Shown: piece by piece, positions 1 through 12,755 of the stretch
Position numbering within the stretch: the first letter of the stretch is position 1
Layout: each line of letters opens with the position of its first letter
NCBI GenBank assembly: GCA_951406725.2
Contig: OX597815.1
Location: 75,082,001 to 75,146,000 of the forward strand
Length of the DNA stretch: 64,000 nt
Origin: Octopus vulgaris
Lineage: Eukaryota
Direction of reading: 5' to 3'
The notes under the pieces: model-generated
Seen by the model: the letters and a program-made list of their open reading frames with translations, nothing else
Databases searched by the model: none
What the model was told of the DNA's origin: nothing
Translations under genes and position numbers: made by a program

Positions 1-137
1 AACTTTGAGTTGCTAATGTAGTTTTGTAGACATCGTCTATAAAGTTAATTTACAACTCATTTGTTTTTACATACACACTCGTACGCACAAACATATGCTC
101 AGAGAGAGACAGAGAAAACTATGTATATATATATAAC

Positions 138-170
<33 letters not shown>

Positions 171-423
171 CATACATACATACATACGTTAAATTGTGAT
201 TAGTGTTTTAAAGTAAGTTTGAGCATAACAACGGAACATATACTGATGAGGAAACTCAGAATCGGGAGCGGGGTCAAATTACTTGTAAAATTCGTGTTGA
301 CGAGGACTTAAATTTAGCCAGTCGGCTTATTCAACGAATAAACAATTTGGTGAAACTTAAAGTCCCTTTTAATGCGAATTTTACAATAAATTTGTACGTG
401 TGTGTACGTGTGCGTACATGCGC

Positions 424-424
<1 letters not shown>

Positions 425-454
<30 letters not shown>

Positions 455-845
455 TGTATGTATGTATGTATGTATGTATGTATGTATGTATGTATGTATG
501 TATGTATGTATGTGTGTATGTATGTATGTATGTATGTATGTATGTATGTATATATGCATGTATGCATGTATGTATTTATGTATGTGTGTATGTATGTATG
601 TATGTATGTATGTATGTATGTATGTATGTATGTATGTATGCGTGTATGTATGTATACATTTATGTATGTATGCGTGTAAGTATGCATGTATGCATGTATG
701 TATGTATGTATGTATGTATGTATGTATGTATGTGTGTATGTATGCATATATGCATGCGTGCATGTATGCATGTATGCATGCATGTATGTATGCATGTATG
801 CATGCATGTATGTATGTACGTATGTATGTATGTATGTATGTATGT
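425..845. repeat. (TATG)n tetranucleotide microsatellite
   Basis: Long imperfect TATG array; it is the source of the MYVC/HTYI ORFs. Confidence 0.97.
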
Positions 846-1165
846 GTGTGTATTTATATATATATTATATAATTTAAAATTAATAACAGAATGGTAAAAT
901 TTATTAATCAAGTTAATTAATCAATTAATTAACAATTTTAGCAAGTAGATCGGTACGTTAAAATAATCTTTATATGTAAAATTATCCACATAATTATAAT
1001 TAGAGTGAAGCAGTTAGCTGAGCCCTAATTATAATCATATATATATATATATATATATGAGTAAAAACATAATAAATGCACAAACAAACGGTAAATAGAC
1101 ACAGATGGTCCCCAATTACTCATCGGTGTCAATTATATATACGCGCGTACACGCGCGTGTATAAT

Positions 1166-1485
1166 TGACACTCAGTTGTTTACAACGACGAGGGTCCCAG
1201 TCGATCCGAACAGTAGAACAGTCTGCTCGTGAAATTAACGTGCAAGTAATGGAGCGCTCCAGAGAAACGCGTGCCCTTAACGTGGTGTTCAGGGAGATTC
1301 AGCATGACACTGAATGTGATAAAGCTGGGCTTTTGAAATACAGGTACAACTCATTTTCGCCAGCTGAGTGGACTGGAAGAACGTGAAATAAAGCATCTTA
1401 CTCAAGGACACGACGCGCCGTCCGGAATCGAAATCACGACCTTACGATCATGAACTAAATACCTTAACCAGTAAACCATATGCTT
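1166..1485 (-). mobile_element. tRNA-derived SINE, type C
   Basis: Reverse complement matches the copy at 10163-10462 (ccagtccactcagctggc, gttaatttcacgagca, gatcg..ctgg..ccctcgtcgt). Confidence 0.8.
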
Positions 1486-2305
1486 TCACATCCACGCACG
1501 CGCGCGTGCAGAAACACACACATCCATACACGCATATATATATTCATATGCACTACACAAGTATGAATACAAGACAGTTTTCTAGTTTTATCTCTTTCCA
1601 TAAAATTTCTTTTCCATTTTTTCACTTGAGTGTTTTTTATCTTGCTCAGAACAGTAAACTCGCTAAACCCACGATGTTTCTCAACCTTCGTAGTCTCATA
1701 TTTAGGATGAAGTAGTGTGGCAGTGCGTTGCTACCACTTTAGGCAATAAACCCTAATTAAGAAAAGAAAACTAGAATACAGCTTTGTATTCAATATGTTT
1801 CTAAAAGAAAAGCCTTGCACATGCGCATGTACACACACACACACACATAAACGTATTGGGAACTACGAAGAATATATAAATTTTAAATGAATTTAAATTG
1901 ACAAATTCTGTATGACATACAAAATTACTTACCCATTTGGTTGCATTTTCTGAAGAGGAATCCTGATTCTCCATTACTTCAATTATTGAAGATCTGTAGA
2001 ATAGTTACGAGATTTTGTTTTTCTGGGAAACTTACCTGCACTTGCACAAAATATTGTCATGGGTGTATTTTCTTATTCCTCCTACCTCCCTCTCTTTCTC
2101 AGTCTCTCTCCTACTTTCTGTCTACGTACAAAACTGACGTTGTCTTATGTTCCTCATCAGTTGCAGCCAGTTTCTCAAATATAGAGGTTGTATCTGCTAT
2201 CTTTCTTTTATTCCCCTCCTGTCATCTTTACCTCTGAAGAAGTACACTGTCCAAAACGTTAGATACTCCACTCAACATGGCAATTTCATTCTCCTCTTTT
2301 TTTGG

Positions 2306-2379
<74 letters not shown>

Positions 2380-2507
2380 TTATCAGTTAGTTGTCCATAA
2401 GTCCAGAAAAATGCACGCTCAGCATAAATAATAGAGCTGGTATATTTTTATATCATGAAGCAGCATATCTCTATTTATGACACATAATTGGTCAGAATGT
2501 TGTTGTC

Positions 2508-2558
<51 letters not shown>

Positions 2559-4053
2559 ACATATATGCGCGCGCGCGCGTGTGTGTTTGTATCTGTGTAT
2601 ACTTATGGTTATATATACATGGGTGTGTATACACACACACATACACATATACACTCATCCAGCACTTTCTATGTTAACTGTCTCTGTATATCTTTTACTC
2701 TTTCTCTGCAGGTATCAACCATCCAACAAACCAACCAACATTTACATCAGATATTTTAAGTGCACTGTCAGAATATACATGGGAACATTCGAGTCTGTTT
2801 GACCCAAATCTGTGTATATATGTGTGAGAATGTGGGAAAGATATCATAAGTATATGCGTGTGATGGTTGAATGAACGGCTAATCTATGAGTAGTCTACAC
2901 AAACAAGCAAATGGGTGCATATCTACATGAGCATTCAAATTCATTCCACGTAACGCTATGTGTGTGAATAAATGTGTGCGTACGTGTGTATGCGTATGTG
3001 TGAGTGTTTCTAAGTGTGTGTATTTGTGTGTATGTTTTGTGCATGGTAATATTTCCTAAATGTACCTGTGTGTATATATGAAAGGTAAGTTTGTTCAAAG
3101 AGATGCGTATTTATATAGACGTGCAAATTTAAGCAATGCACACCTCTATGGACACACACATGTATGTGCATACACTGTGTCTATGCATATACATGTTTAT
3201 GCATGCTCACAGATATGTGAAACGAGAATAGAAAATGCTGTAAAACTATTACGGAAAGTGTTATCTTTTAATCCACTAGTTGAGAGCGTAAAGCCTTCTA
3301 AGATCAACATATTTTCCATGGTTCCCGCCTCCTCTCCGTTCTAATACTGTCCTGCAAGTATATAATATCGATTGTCATTATCATATAATCAGAAAATCAT
3401 ACAACTATTTATACGATAAAATATTGTTCATGAAGTATTTTTTTGCGACATTCTCCATATAATAGACTTTATAATACATTAACCAAATTTATTTGACTTC
3501 AATTGACGCTGATATCTTTCTTTAATATATAATAGCACCGGCAGACTTCATCATATAACCTCAAACTCAGAAGACTTCTTCCCGGTAAGCTATTTCCAGT
3601 CAAACTTAGTTACTGGAACATGTTTCACCTTTTGTTCTCAAGTCCACTCATTACAAAGCAAGAACAGCTTACACATTTACAACGCCCACTGGCATTTAAT
3701 ATTTTCATCAACGTGTGCAATACATAGTAAGATAACAATGCCTTTCAGTATCCAATCAAAGCTCAGCATTAAAAAAAAATAGATAAATACTGGGGTCACT
3801 TCTTTCGACTAAAATTCTGGCCGCAGTCTAAGAAGTAATCTTCTGCAAAAAATTTTCAAATATTTTTCATTTTTGTTTTTTATCACTTTTTTTCTGTATT
3901 TTTCCTATAACGGCTTTTCTTTTCTTTTTTTTCTTTTCCTAAGAAAAGCTATATTAGCTATTCTCCACTACCGCTCATAGATCGGAAACGTGAAACTTAG
4001 AGTAAATGTTAGGGAAGTTTAAAAATTCCAATAAGTATAAAACTTGACATCTC

Positions 4054-4164
<111 letters not shown>

Positions 4165-4194
4165 TATATATATGTATATATATATGTGTATATA

Positions 4195-4302
<108 letters not shown>

Positions 4303-4553
4303 TTTGTAGTTAGGAAGATAGATATTTGTGAGTGTATAGTGTGTGTGTATATGTGTATTTGTGTCTATTTACGTCTCCTGTGCATTGGAATATACGTGCA
4401 GGTAAATATTTTAGCAAAAACACACTTATATGCATAGATATACACACACTTGCCAGCTTTTCTCTCATACGCACTCACGCGCACACATATATGCATATGT
4501 GTATGCATGTATTTATATATGTGTCTATATATATGTATGTATGTATGCATGTA

Positions 4554-4588
<35 letters not shown>

Positions 4589-4944
4589 GTATGTATGTGT
4601 GTGTATGTGTGTATGTATTTATTTATGTAATATAGAAGTAATCATATCTTGTAGTGTGTGTGTCTGTATTTATTAAAATACTGATATCTAAAGTAGATAA
4701 GCACACAACGTGACATACACATATAGACACACACACGCGCACGCACATAGACAGACACACCTGCATATAGACACACACGCACGTATATACACACACATAT
4801 ATAAACACACACACACACACACACATTCAGACACGCACGCACCTCTGTCAAAAGTGTAGATATTGATGAATCTGCGAAAGACCAGAATAAATTCATTAAA
4901 TATATGCAAATGTGCAATAAACACACGCAGGCCCTTTCCTCCAC

Positions 4945-4976
<32 letters not shown>

Positions 4977-5206
4977 CACACACACACTCACATACGCACG
5001 CTGTACATTTGCATATTCATAAGCACCAAGATACACTTAACCAAATTAAAACGGATAGAGTAGAAAACATAGACATCACAATATTTCTGGCGATCGTGAT
5101 GTCTCTCAATGAAACACTAATTTCGTTACCATGGTATTTGCGTCCCCCCACACAACCCGCTTTTATTTAACTGGCAAAATATATCTTTTCCACCATCAAT
5201 AACTCT

Positions 5207-5459
5207 TGTAGTAGTAGTAGTAGTAGTAGCAGTAGTAGTAGTTGTAGTAGTAGTTGTAGTAGTAGTAGTAGTAGTAGTGGCAGTAGTAGTTGTTAGTATT
5301 AGTTAGTAAGCAGTAAGTAGTGGTGGTGGTGGTGGTTATTCTCGTTGTCGTTGATATCGTTGTTGTTGTTGATAGTGTAGGTAGTGGTGGCGTTAATTGT
5401 TCGGTTGTCAGTAGTTAATGCTGCTACTGTTGGTTTCATCATCATCATTATCATCGTCG

Positions 5460-5506
<47 letters not shown>

Positions 5507-5605
5507 TCCTTCCTCCTCCTCTCCTCATCATCCACTCTCTCGTCATTGTCGTCGTCGTAGTTGTCATCATCAGCATCATCATCATCATCATCATCATCAT
5601 TGTTT
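5207..5605. repeat. (TAG)n/(TGG)n/(CAT)n trinucleotide repeat cluster
   Basis: Directly visible. Confidence 0.95.
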
Positions 5606-5629
5606 ATTATAGTTTTTCATTGTACATCG

Positions 5630-6099
5630 GTCGATTGGCAGAATCATTAGAGCGTCAGGAAAAGAAAAAAAGCGTTTTGCAATATTATTGGTTCCGTCTC
5701 TTTACGTTCTGAGTTCAAGTCCTATCGCAGCCAATTTTGTCAAGTACTAAGGTCGATGTATTTGACTAATCCTTTTCCTTCAAAACTGCTGCCTTGCGTC
5801 TATATCAAAACTAAATACACGGGCGGTGGTTTAGATGCATCGCTACAGTGTCGGCAAAAATGCTTTGCATTTCTTTTTCAGTCTCTTTACGTTCTGGGTT
5901 CAAATCCCAGTCAGACCATTTTTTGTCTTTCGTCCTTTCCTGTTCGACTGCTCACCTCCCTTCAGATGTATGACGCCGTGCCTCTGTTAAAAATGTTTGT
6001 TATTATTATGAAGCTTAGTAGCATTTGTCCCGGTTCTTTACTTTCAGTGTTCAAATCCCACTGAGATCACCCGACTTTGCCTTTCATCCTTTCGAGATC
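5630..6099 (+). mobile_element. Three degenerate or partial type A SINE copies
   Basis: tggcagaatcattag, ttacgttctgagttcaa and gactttgcctttcatcctttcg motifs. The last copy is interrupted by the LTR at 6100 and resumes near 6720. Confidence 0.7.
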
Positions 6100-6365
6100 T
6101 GTGGTATTGAACTGAAGCTGTGGTGAAGGCAGAAGTGGGAGAGTGGGTAGGCCCTGTCGCGAGTCCCTGAGGACAGAAGTGCTGAAGAGAGCATGCGCAG
6201 CGGTGACAGGAAGAAGCCAGAGAGCAACCGGACAGCGTGAAGACAAGACGTGTGTGCACGACGAAGAGGAGAACGTCCACGAGGGTAGTGAGATAACGCA
6301 TCCTCTAGATCGACAAATGAGAAAGCCTCAATTCTCCTTTTTCCTAATTTCCCCTTCATACCACA
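6100..6365 (+). mobile_element. LTR of a Ty3/gypsy-like retrotransposon
   Basis: Bounded by inverted termini TGTGGTA...TACCACA, about 60 bp upstream of a gag-like ATG. Confidence 0.7.
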
Positions 6366-6424
6366 AGCTATTTCGGCTCATTGCGTAGCGCTCAAAGGAA
6401 AGAAAAATCTGTCCACGGTAAAAT

Positions 6425-6720
6425 ATGGCATCGAAAATTAGACTCGGCAACGACATGTAGAGACCATTCTCTGGCCAAGGCGACGTGGTGGCCTGGATAA
6501 AGAAGGTGAAGCTGGTAGCAAAATTACAGGGGATACAGGACGTAGCCAGCCTCTTATCGTAGTGCGCTGAGCCTGTATTTAGAGATGTCGGAAGACGATC
6601 GGCAAAAAATCGCAAAGTTCGAGGAACGGCTAAAAGTTGCTTATACGGAGGGAGCCTTTAAGGCGTATAGTAAGCTCGGAAGCGTGAGGTGGACCGGAGA
6701 ACAGGTCGACGACTATGCGA
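6425..6720 (+). pseudogene. Truncated gypsy-like gag N-terminus
   Basis: MASKIRLGNDM*RPFSGQGDVVAWIKKVKLVAKLQGIQDVASLL...YLEMSEDD...ERLKVAYTEGAFKAYSKLGSVRWTGEQVDDYA resembles invertebrate gypsy gag. It carries a stop and a frameshift. Confidence 0.75.
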
Positions 6721-6969
6721 TATCAGTCAAATACTGTAGTCGATATAATCGACTTGACCCCTCCCTTTACAACTGCTGGTCTCTTGTGCAAAAATTGGAA
6801 AGAATTAAGCTTTGATTTTCACTTAGCACCATTTCACTTCTTGCGATCGCTATTGCTCTTCGGCAAGGTATTATACATCACAACTTCTCATGTTAACTTT
6901 CATGAAATCTTTACACTTCATATTAAAGTTAGAGATAGTAATAGTGGTTTCTAATATAGGAATCAGGCT

Positions 6970-7190
6970 GAAGGCGGTGAGCTGGCAGAATTGTTAGCAT
7001 GCCGGGCAAAATGCTTTGCGGCATTTTGTTCGTCGCTACGTTCTGAGTTCAAATTTCACCGAGTTTGACTTTGCCTTTCATCCTTTCGAGATCGATAAAA
7101 TAAGTACCAGTTAAACATTGGGGTCGATGTAATCAACATACTTCCTCCCCCGAAACTGCTGGCCTTGTGCCAAAATGTGAAACTAATATT
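6970..7190 (+). mobile_element. Type A tRNA-derived SINE
   Basis: aaggcggtgagctggcagaa head, gagttcaaat B-box, gcctttcatcctttcg..gataaaataagtaccag core. Confidence 0.88.
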
Positions 7191-7239
7191 AGAGGAAGGA
7201 TAAAAATTTCGTGTGGAGGAAGTGGACAGCCAATTAAAT

Positions 7240-7400
7240 CAACTCTGGTACTTGACTGATACTTTATTTTATCGATTACGGAAGGTTGAAAGGCAAAGTT
7301 GACCTCGGCGTGATTTAAAATCAGTACAAAAAAAGTCGGAAGCAATAGAGCATGGAATTTTCTCGAACACCTATAACGACCTTGCCAATCCATCGCCATT
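7240..7400 (-). mobile_element. Degenerate type A SINE
   Basis: tttatcga...gaaaggcaaagttgacctcggcg on the plus strand. Confidence 0.7.
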
Positions 7401-7404
7401 TCAA

Positions 7405-7773
7405 TACAAACAAGAGCACCCAGAGAGCGCAAAATTCCGCCAAGGCAACACCAACATCCGCTCAACGATTAAGCGGAGATGATTTTTAAAATGAGAATAT
7501 CTGAAATAAACTTGACTGCTCTTACAAACGAGAATACTAAAAATGAACCCAACCGCTCTCAAAAATTAAGTAAAAAATCAAGAAAAATAATCCAGAATGC
7601 TTGTCCGGTACTGGATCGATTCCAAAATCTAATCAGTTCGTGCCAGTCACGAGGCCAAACATCCCTGAAAGTTTTATCCGAATCCACCCGGCGGTTCTTG
7701 AGATATCTTGTCCACGGACAAACAAACAAACACGACTGAAACAATACTTCCGCCTTAGCGAAGGTGGAGGTAA
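7405..7773 (+). mobile_element. DINE/HINE-like (Helentron-type) non-autonomous element
   Basis: Starts acaagagcacccagagagcgcaaaattccgccaagg, has an internal (CAAA)n, and ends in the hairpin acttccgcctt-agcg-aaggtggaggt. This layout is typical of Helentron-associated elements. Confidence 0.55.
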
Positions 7774-7794
7774 TTATTATGGTTATTATAAAAT

Positions 7795-8050
7795 ATATCA
7801 TTGTTGTTGTTGTTGATGTTGTTGTTAGTAGTGGCGGTGGTGATGGGAGTAATGGCGGTGATGATAACGGTGTTGACGGCGGTGGAGATAAGAATGATAG
7901 TACTAGTGATGGTGTTAGTGGTGATAACTGGTGAAGATGATGTTGCTGTTGTTGATGCAGGTGGTAGTGTTATTGATAATAAAAAAACATTAATGTCTCT
8001 GTTGTTCATGGTATGAGGGTTACTTATCGTTGTTGTTATTGTTGTAAATA

Positions 8051-8098
<48 letters not shown>

Positions 8099-8360
8099 GC
8101 GACGACGACGACAGTGATGATGAAGAGGAGGGGAGGGGGAGAAAGAAGAGGATGAAAAGAAAAGAATAATAACCATTATTATTATTATTATTATTGATCA
8201 ACCTGCTGTTCATCACCATCCTCACCATCATCAACACAGACCATCATCACCAATACCATTACCACAATCACCACCATAATCACTGCCGTCATCACCACCA
8301 CCATCATCATTACCATCACCATCATCACCATCACATCACAACCATCATCATCATCATCAT
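7795..8360. repeat. Degenerate (GTT/GAT/CAT/CAC)n trinucleotide region
   Basis: Directly visible. Confidence 0.9.
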
Positions 8361-8685
8361 CAACGTAGGCGTCATTGTCGACATTGTCTTCTCTCCTCCT
8401 CTTCCTCTTCTCTCCCTTCTCCCCTTTTTTCTCACTCCTGCTATTCCTGCCGCCCCGTCCCCCCATCTTCACAGTCGCCATCATACCTCATTTGTTACTG
8501 TTTCTTCTTTGTTACGTTTAATGTGTGCCCGATCCTATCCGGTTTGCAAAGCAATGCAGAAGCTGCGTGTTCACGTAGACAATACGGAAAGGCGGACCTG
8601 GCACGTCCGGAACGCAGAGCCGTGAAGTTATTGCACCGGAAATTGGCAGGTGCTGCACTGCAGTTATTATTGCTATGCAGTGCTT

Positions 8686-8958
8686 TCAACAACACTGACA
8701 ATAACAACTACAACAACAACAACAACAATTACGACAACAACGACGATGACTACGACGACAGCAACGATCGTAACCATCATCAACATCATTACTGTTACCA
8801 GTATCAAAACCATCACCGCCACCATCACCACCATCACTGCCAGCACCACCGCCACTGCCCCCCCCCCCCCCACTGCCACCACCAGCACCAACATCTGCAG
8901 CACCACCGCCGTCATCATCACCACCACCACCACCACCACCACCACCACCACCACCACC

Positions 8959-8992
<34 letters not shown>

Positions 8993-8998
8993 TCGTCG

Positions 8999-9052
<54 letters not shown>

Positions 9053-9260
9053 CCATCATCATCAACGTCATCATCATCATCATTATCATCGTCACTATCG
9101 CCAACAACAGCAATGAGAAGTGAAACAACAATAACAAAGCAGACGACGCTGGTGATGATACCGATGATCACAACAACAGCAGTAACAACGGCAGCTGTTA
9201 CAACAGCAACAACAACAACAACTAAATATTTACAACAAACAATAATAATAATAGTAATAA
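8686..9260. repeat. (CAA)n/(CAC)n/(CAT)n trinucleotide region
   Basis: Directly visible; it explains the poly-H, poly-T and poly-M ORFs. Confidence 0.95.
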
Positions 9261-9269
9261 TTTTTTCCT

Positions 9270-9695
9270 ACTTTTGGCCCAAGGCAATCAGATTTAGGGT
9301 TGGGGGTAAGTTAATTATGTCGACTTTTATGTTCAACTAGTACTTATTTTATCGACCCTGAAAAAAACGATAAAAAGCAAAGTAGATCTCAGCGGGATTT
9401 GAACTCAGAACGTAGAGAGCCAGAAGAAATGCCGCTAAACATTATGTCCGACGCGCAAACGATTCAACCAGCTCGCAATAATTCGTTTTACTATAAGCAC
9501 AAAGTCTGTAATTTTGTAGGAGAGGGTTAGTTAATTACATCGACTCCAGTTTTCAACTGATACTTAATTTATCAATACCGTGGGGGAAAAAATGAAAGGC
9601 AAAGTCGGTCTCGGCGGAATTTGAACTCAGAATGTAAAGACGGACGAAATGCGCAAAGCATTTTGTCTGACATACTAATTGATTCTGCCGGCTGG
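9270..9695 (-). mobile_element. Two tandem type A SINE copies
   Basis: tttgaactcagaacgt and aaggcaaagtcggtctcggcggaatttgaactcag on the plus strand. Confidence 0.8.
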
Positions 9696-10162
9696 CAATA
9701 ATAGCATACAAACAATCAACAGGAACAACCACATTAACAAAAGACAACAAAAACAACAATGGCGGCGGCACCTGTAAGGGGAACATGAAGTCACTACACA
9801 AATAACAACTATTAAAGAACCCTTAATATCTTTAAGATTTGTCCTACAACATGTTTTCAGTTCTAAATCACAGAATATGCTTGACAGTGAAAGTTGGAAG
9901 GACACACCGAGAAAAACTGAACCCGAAGTTACGCAGTACATCGTTATCTCTGACTTCCGTGGCGTTAAAAGGAAACGAGAGACAAACCACTTCGCCTGAG
10001 GACATAAATCTGTCATCATAGGTTCAAATTTAGCGACTGAACCGTTCTATATACCCAATCACAGATGCAATACTGGGACACGTCAGTGTTGTATCGTAAT
10101 CAGCTTGTTCCTAATCAATTTCACTATTTAAATTCTCAAACATACATGCTGGATATTCACTG

Positions 10163-10462
10163 AATGCCTTGGTTTAGTGGTTAGGGTATTCGTCTCACGA
10201 TCGTGAGGTCGTGAGTTCAATTCCCGGCGACACATTGTGTCCTTGAGCAAGACACTTTATTTCACGTTGCTCCAGTCCACTCAGCTGGCAAAAATGAGTA
10301 GCACCTGTATTTCAAAGGGCCACGCCGAATCTCCCTGAGGACTACGCGAAGGGTACTCGTGTCTGCGGAGTGCTCAACTACTTACACGTTAATTTCACGA
10401 GCAAGCTGTTCCGTTGATCGGATCAACTGGAACCTTCGTCGTCGTAACCGACAGAGTGCCAG
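10163..10462 (+). mobile_element. tRNA-derived SINE, type C
   Basis: A-box tggtttagtgg, B-box gagttcaattc, followed by tgtgtccttgagcaagacactt (CORE/V-like central motif). Confidence 0.85.
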
Positions 10463-10744
10463 TTATCTGGGATACAGTGTATGTTGGTCGCTAATTTATA
10501 ATAATTACATTCCAGGGATTATAACTTGTGGCCTGTGTCTGAAAGAGTACCAGACGTTCCAAGGAACAATGGTGGTGTACCGGTCTGATATTATACTAAG
10601 CTTGGTATGATTTTTAGAATTGCCGTTATAGTGTTGATAACGTAAAGTAAACTTTTTTCCTCTCTGATGTACTAGATAAATAGCTAGTAATACTTTCGTG
10701 TTTTCTCTATAATAAAGTATTAATCTTAGGTCTGTGATGAAACC

Positions 10745-10990
10745 ACAGGCTCATTAGGCCGGAGCTTATCACACTGTCCAAGGCGTGTAAGCGACTGAGA
10801 GTACAATAATTCCTCCACTGAATGGGCAGCAATTCACCGCCAGGTTAACTCTCTCGCTGTTGCTAGTACTAAATTTCAGCTGAGTAAACTGGAATTACGT
10901 AAAAACAAATGTTTTGCTTAAAAACACATGCCAATTGAAACCGCGACCTTATGATCATGAAACCAACACCATGACAACTAGGCTACGCGT
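10745..10990 (-). mobile_element. Old SINE related to type C
   Basis: cagctgagtaaactgga and gaaaccgcgaccttatgatcatgaaac resemble the reversed type C head and core. Confidence 0.55.
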
Positions 10991-12039
10991 CTTCATTATC
11001 ACGAGATCGCCATGAATGCTATAATAAAATAAACTTATGTTTCTATATTGACGTTATCGTGTATTGCCAGTGTTAAATAAACATGATATTTTTAGATGTA
11101 ATTATATAGACCGTTATATTATATATTAATGACTGAAACATCAAACAAAGGTTTATATTTATTATTTCCAATTCGTAGACTTCCACGGTTCATTTGTTTG
11201 GTGCTCATTTCTTGTTTCTACACTGTTAAGCAGTGATGAGCGACGAAACTCACTCTGGGTAGGAGACCATTCTATCACATGCATTTTTTTTTCTCTGGTA
11301 GAATATAAGTCAACATTGTTACACACAGCTTTGAATTATAGCGCCCTGCAGTAAGTATCTATTGTTTGGCGGATTGAGACTTTTACTTATTAAAGCACCA
11401 CCATGCAAATAACGAGCTGTTGTCTGGTTTAGGTAGGCTATATATAGGTTGTTAGTGCTAGCCACTATCAACTATGGTGGTTAGAAGTCTACACAGTCCT
11501 ATTTTAATTGGCATTAAGCAAGGTTGCATTCTTGACCTTTCCACATTGGATTTTTATTGCACTGGACAATTTCAGGAATCTAGTGAACTTCCGATTTCGA
11601 TTCAGAGGTAGTTTCTTTAAAAGAAACCTACAAGTCAAGAAACAACATAGTAAGGTAAACAAATAAGTTCTTTTGGAAATAATGTGTCCTGGTATATGCT
11701 TAAAAATATTGTTTCACATCTGGGACTACAGAGTTTCATCTCACCGATAACAAGTTGAAGATGTAATTACATGCTAAGATTTAAAGTGTTATAAATGAGA
11801 CCGTCTTCATTTCACAGTCGTCTACTCCTGCACTTGCCTCAGCTACCTTTGGCATTGAGCAATTCACGTGTACATCTAAAGCCACCTTGTTTTTGCCAGA
11901 CTTTTACTTGTGGAAATTATATTGTACTAATGACCAGTTTAGGCAGCGGTCCTTTCGGTCTGGTTGTGCAGAGTAATAGAGGGTTCATTGTAGAGAGAAC
12001 AGGTAAACCTCTGTGATGCTTCATAAGACGATAAAATAA

Positions 12040-12170
12040 TCCTTTTTACTGGAGGTACAAAGCCTGAAATTTTAGGGGAGGAGGTCTTGTCGATTACATC
12101 GACCCCAGTACTCAACTGGAACTTTTTTTATCGACCCAAAAGGATGAAAGGCAACTCGTTCTTGGCGGAA
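12040..12170 (-). mobile_element. Partial type A SINE
   Basis: gtcgattacatcgaccccagtactcaactgg...aaggatgaaaggcaa. Confidence 0.75.
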
Positions 12171-12714
12171 TAGGACGATAAAACAATAAAAGCCAACTCA
12201 TGCTCGATGCAAGCTGAGTGAAACCAAAAGTTTATTATTGAACCAAAAGTTTATTAATAAACCAGTTTAAACGAGTGGGCCATGACACTCATGGAGGCAG
12301 TCTAAAATAATCAAACACATTTTGTATGGTGAATAACTGAATGTTGCACGGTTCACTAGTCATGTGGACAAATGTTAGAATTTGGGAATCTTCTATTTAT
12401 GATTAAGTCTTGAGAAAAATGATTCAGAAGATCGATTAGAAACGGGACAAAAGTGACACGCCTTAATAAAGGTAGGGGTACAATCTGAGTCAATGTGGTT
12501 GTACAATAAGATTGAAGTAGTAACATAAACGCATATTTTTCATAATACAATTCAATTCAAACACAACACAATACAATACAATTCAAACACAACACACACA
12601 CACATGCACACGCACACGCACACACATACATGTATGTGCGTGTGTGCATAAGCTTATATACATATCCACCCATCCACACACATACATATGTATGTTTGCA
12701 TGTATGTACGTATG

Positions 12715-12754
<40 letters not shown>

Positions 12755-12755
<1 letters not shown>

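Noticed and set aside
243-260. CTGATGAG-GAAA hammerhead-like string
   Set aside because: There is no room for stem II between the core boxes and no matching stem I or NUH arrangement.
314-911. ORFs rich in YIHT, MYVC, CVCV or YIYI here and throughout the window
   Set aside because: They are translations of stop-free microsatellites, not genes.
8523-9171. His-rich and Asp/Gly-rich ORFs of 150-200 aa
   Set aside because: They arise from CAC/CAT repeats that are open in many frames.
10163-10235. tRNA-like sequence
   Set aside because: It is a SINE head continuing into a SINE body, with no proper acceptor stem.
11232-11257. gtgatgagcgacgaaactc hammerhead-like string
   Set aside because: It lacks the conserved C3 and has no real stem II.
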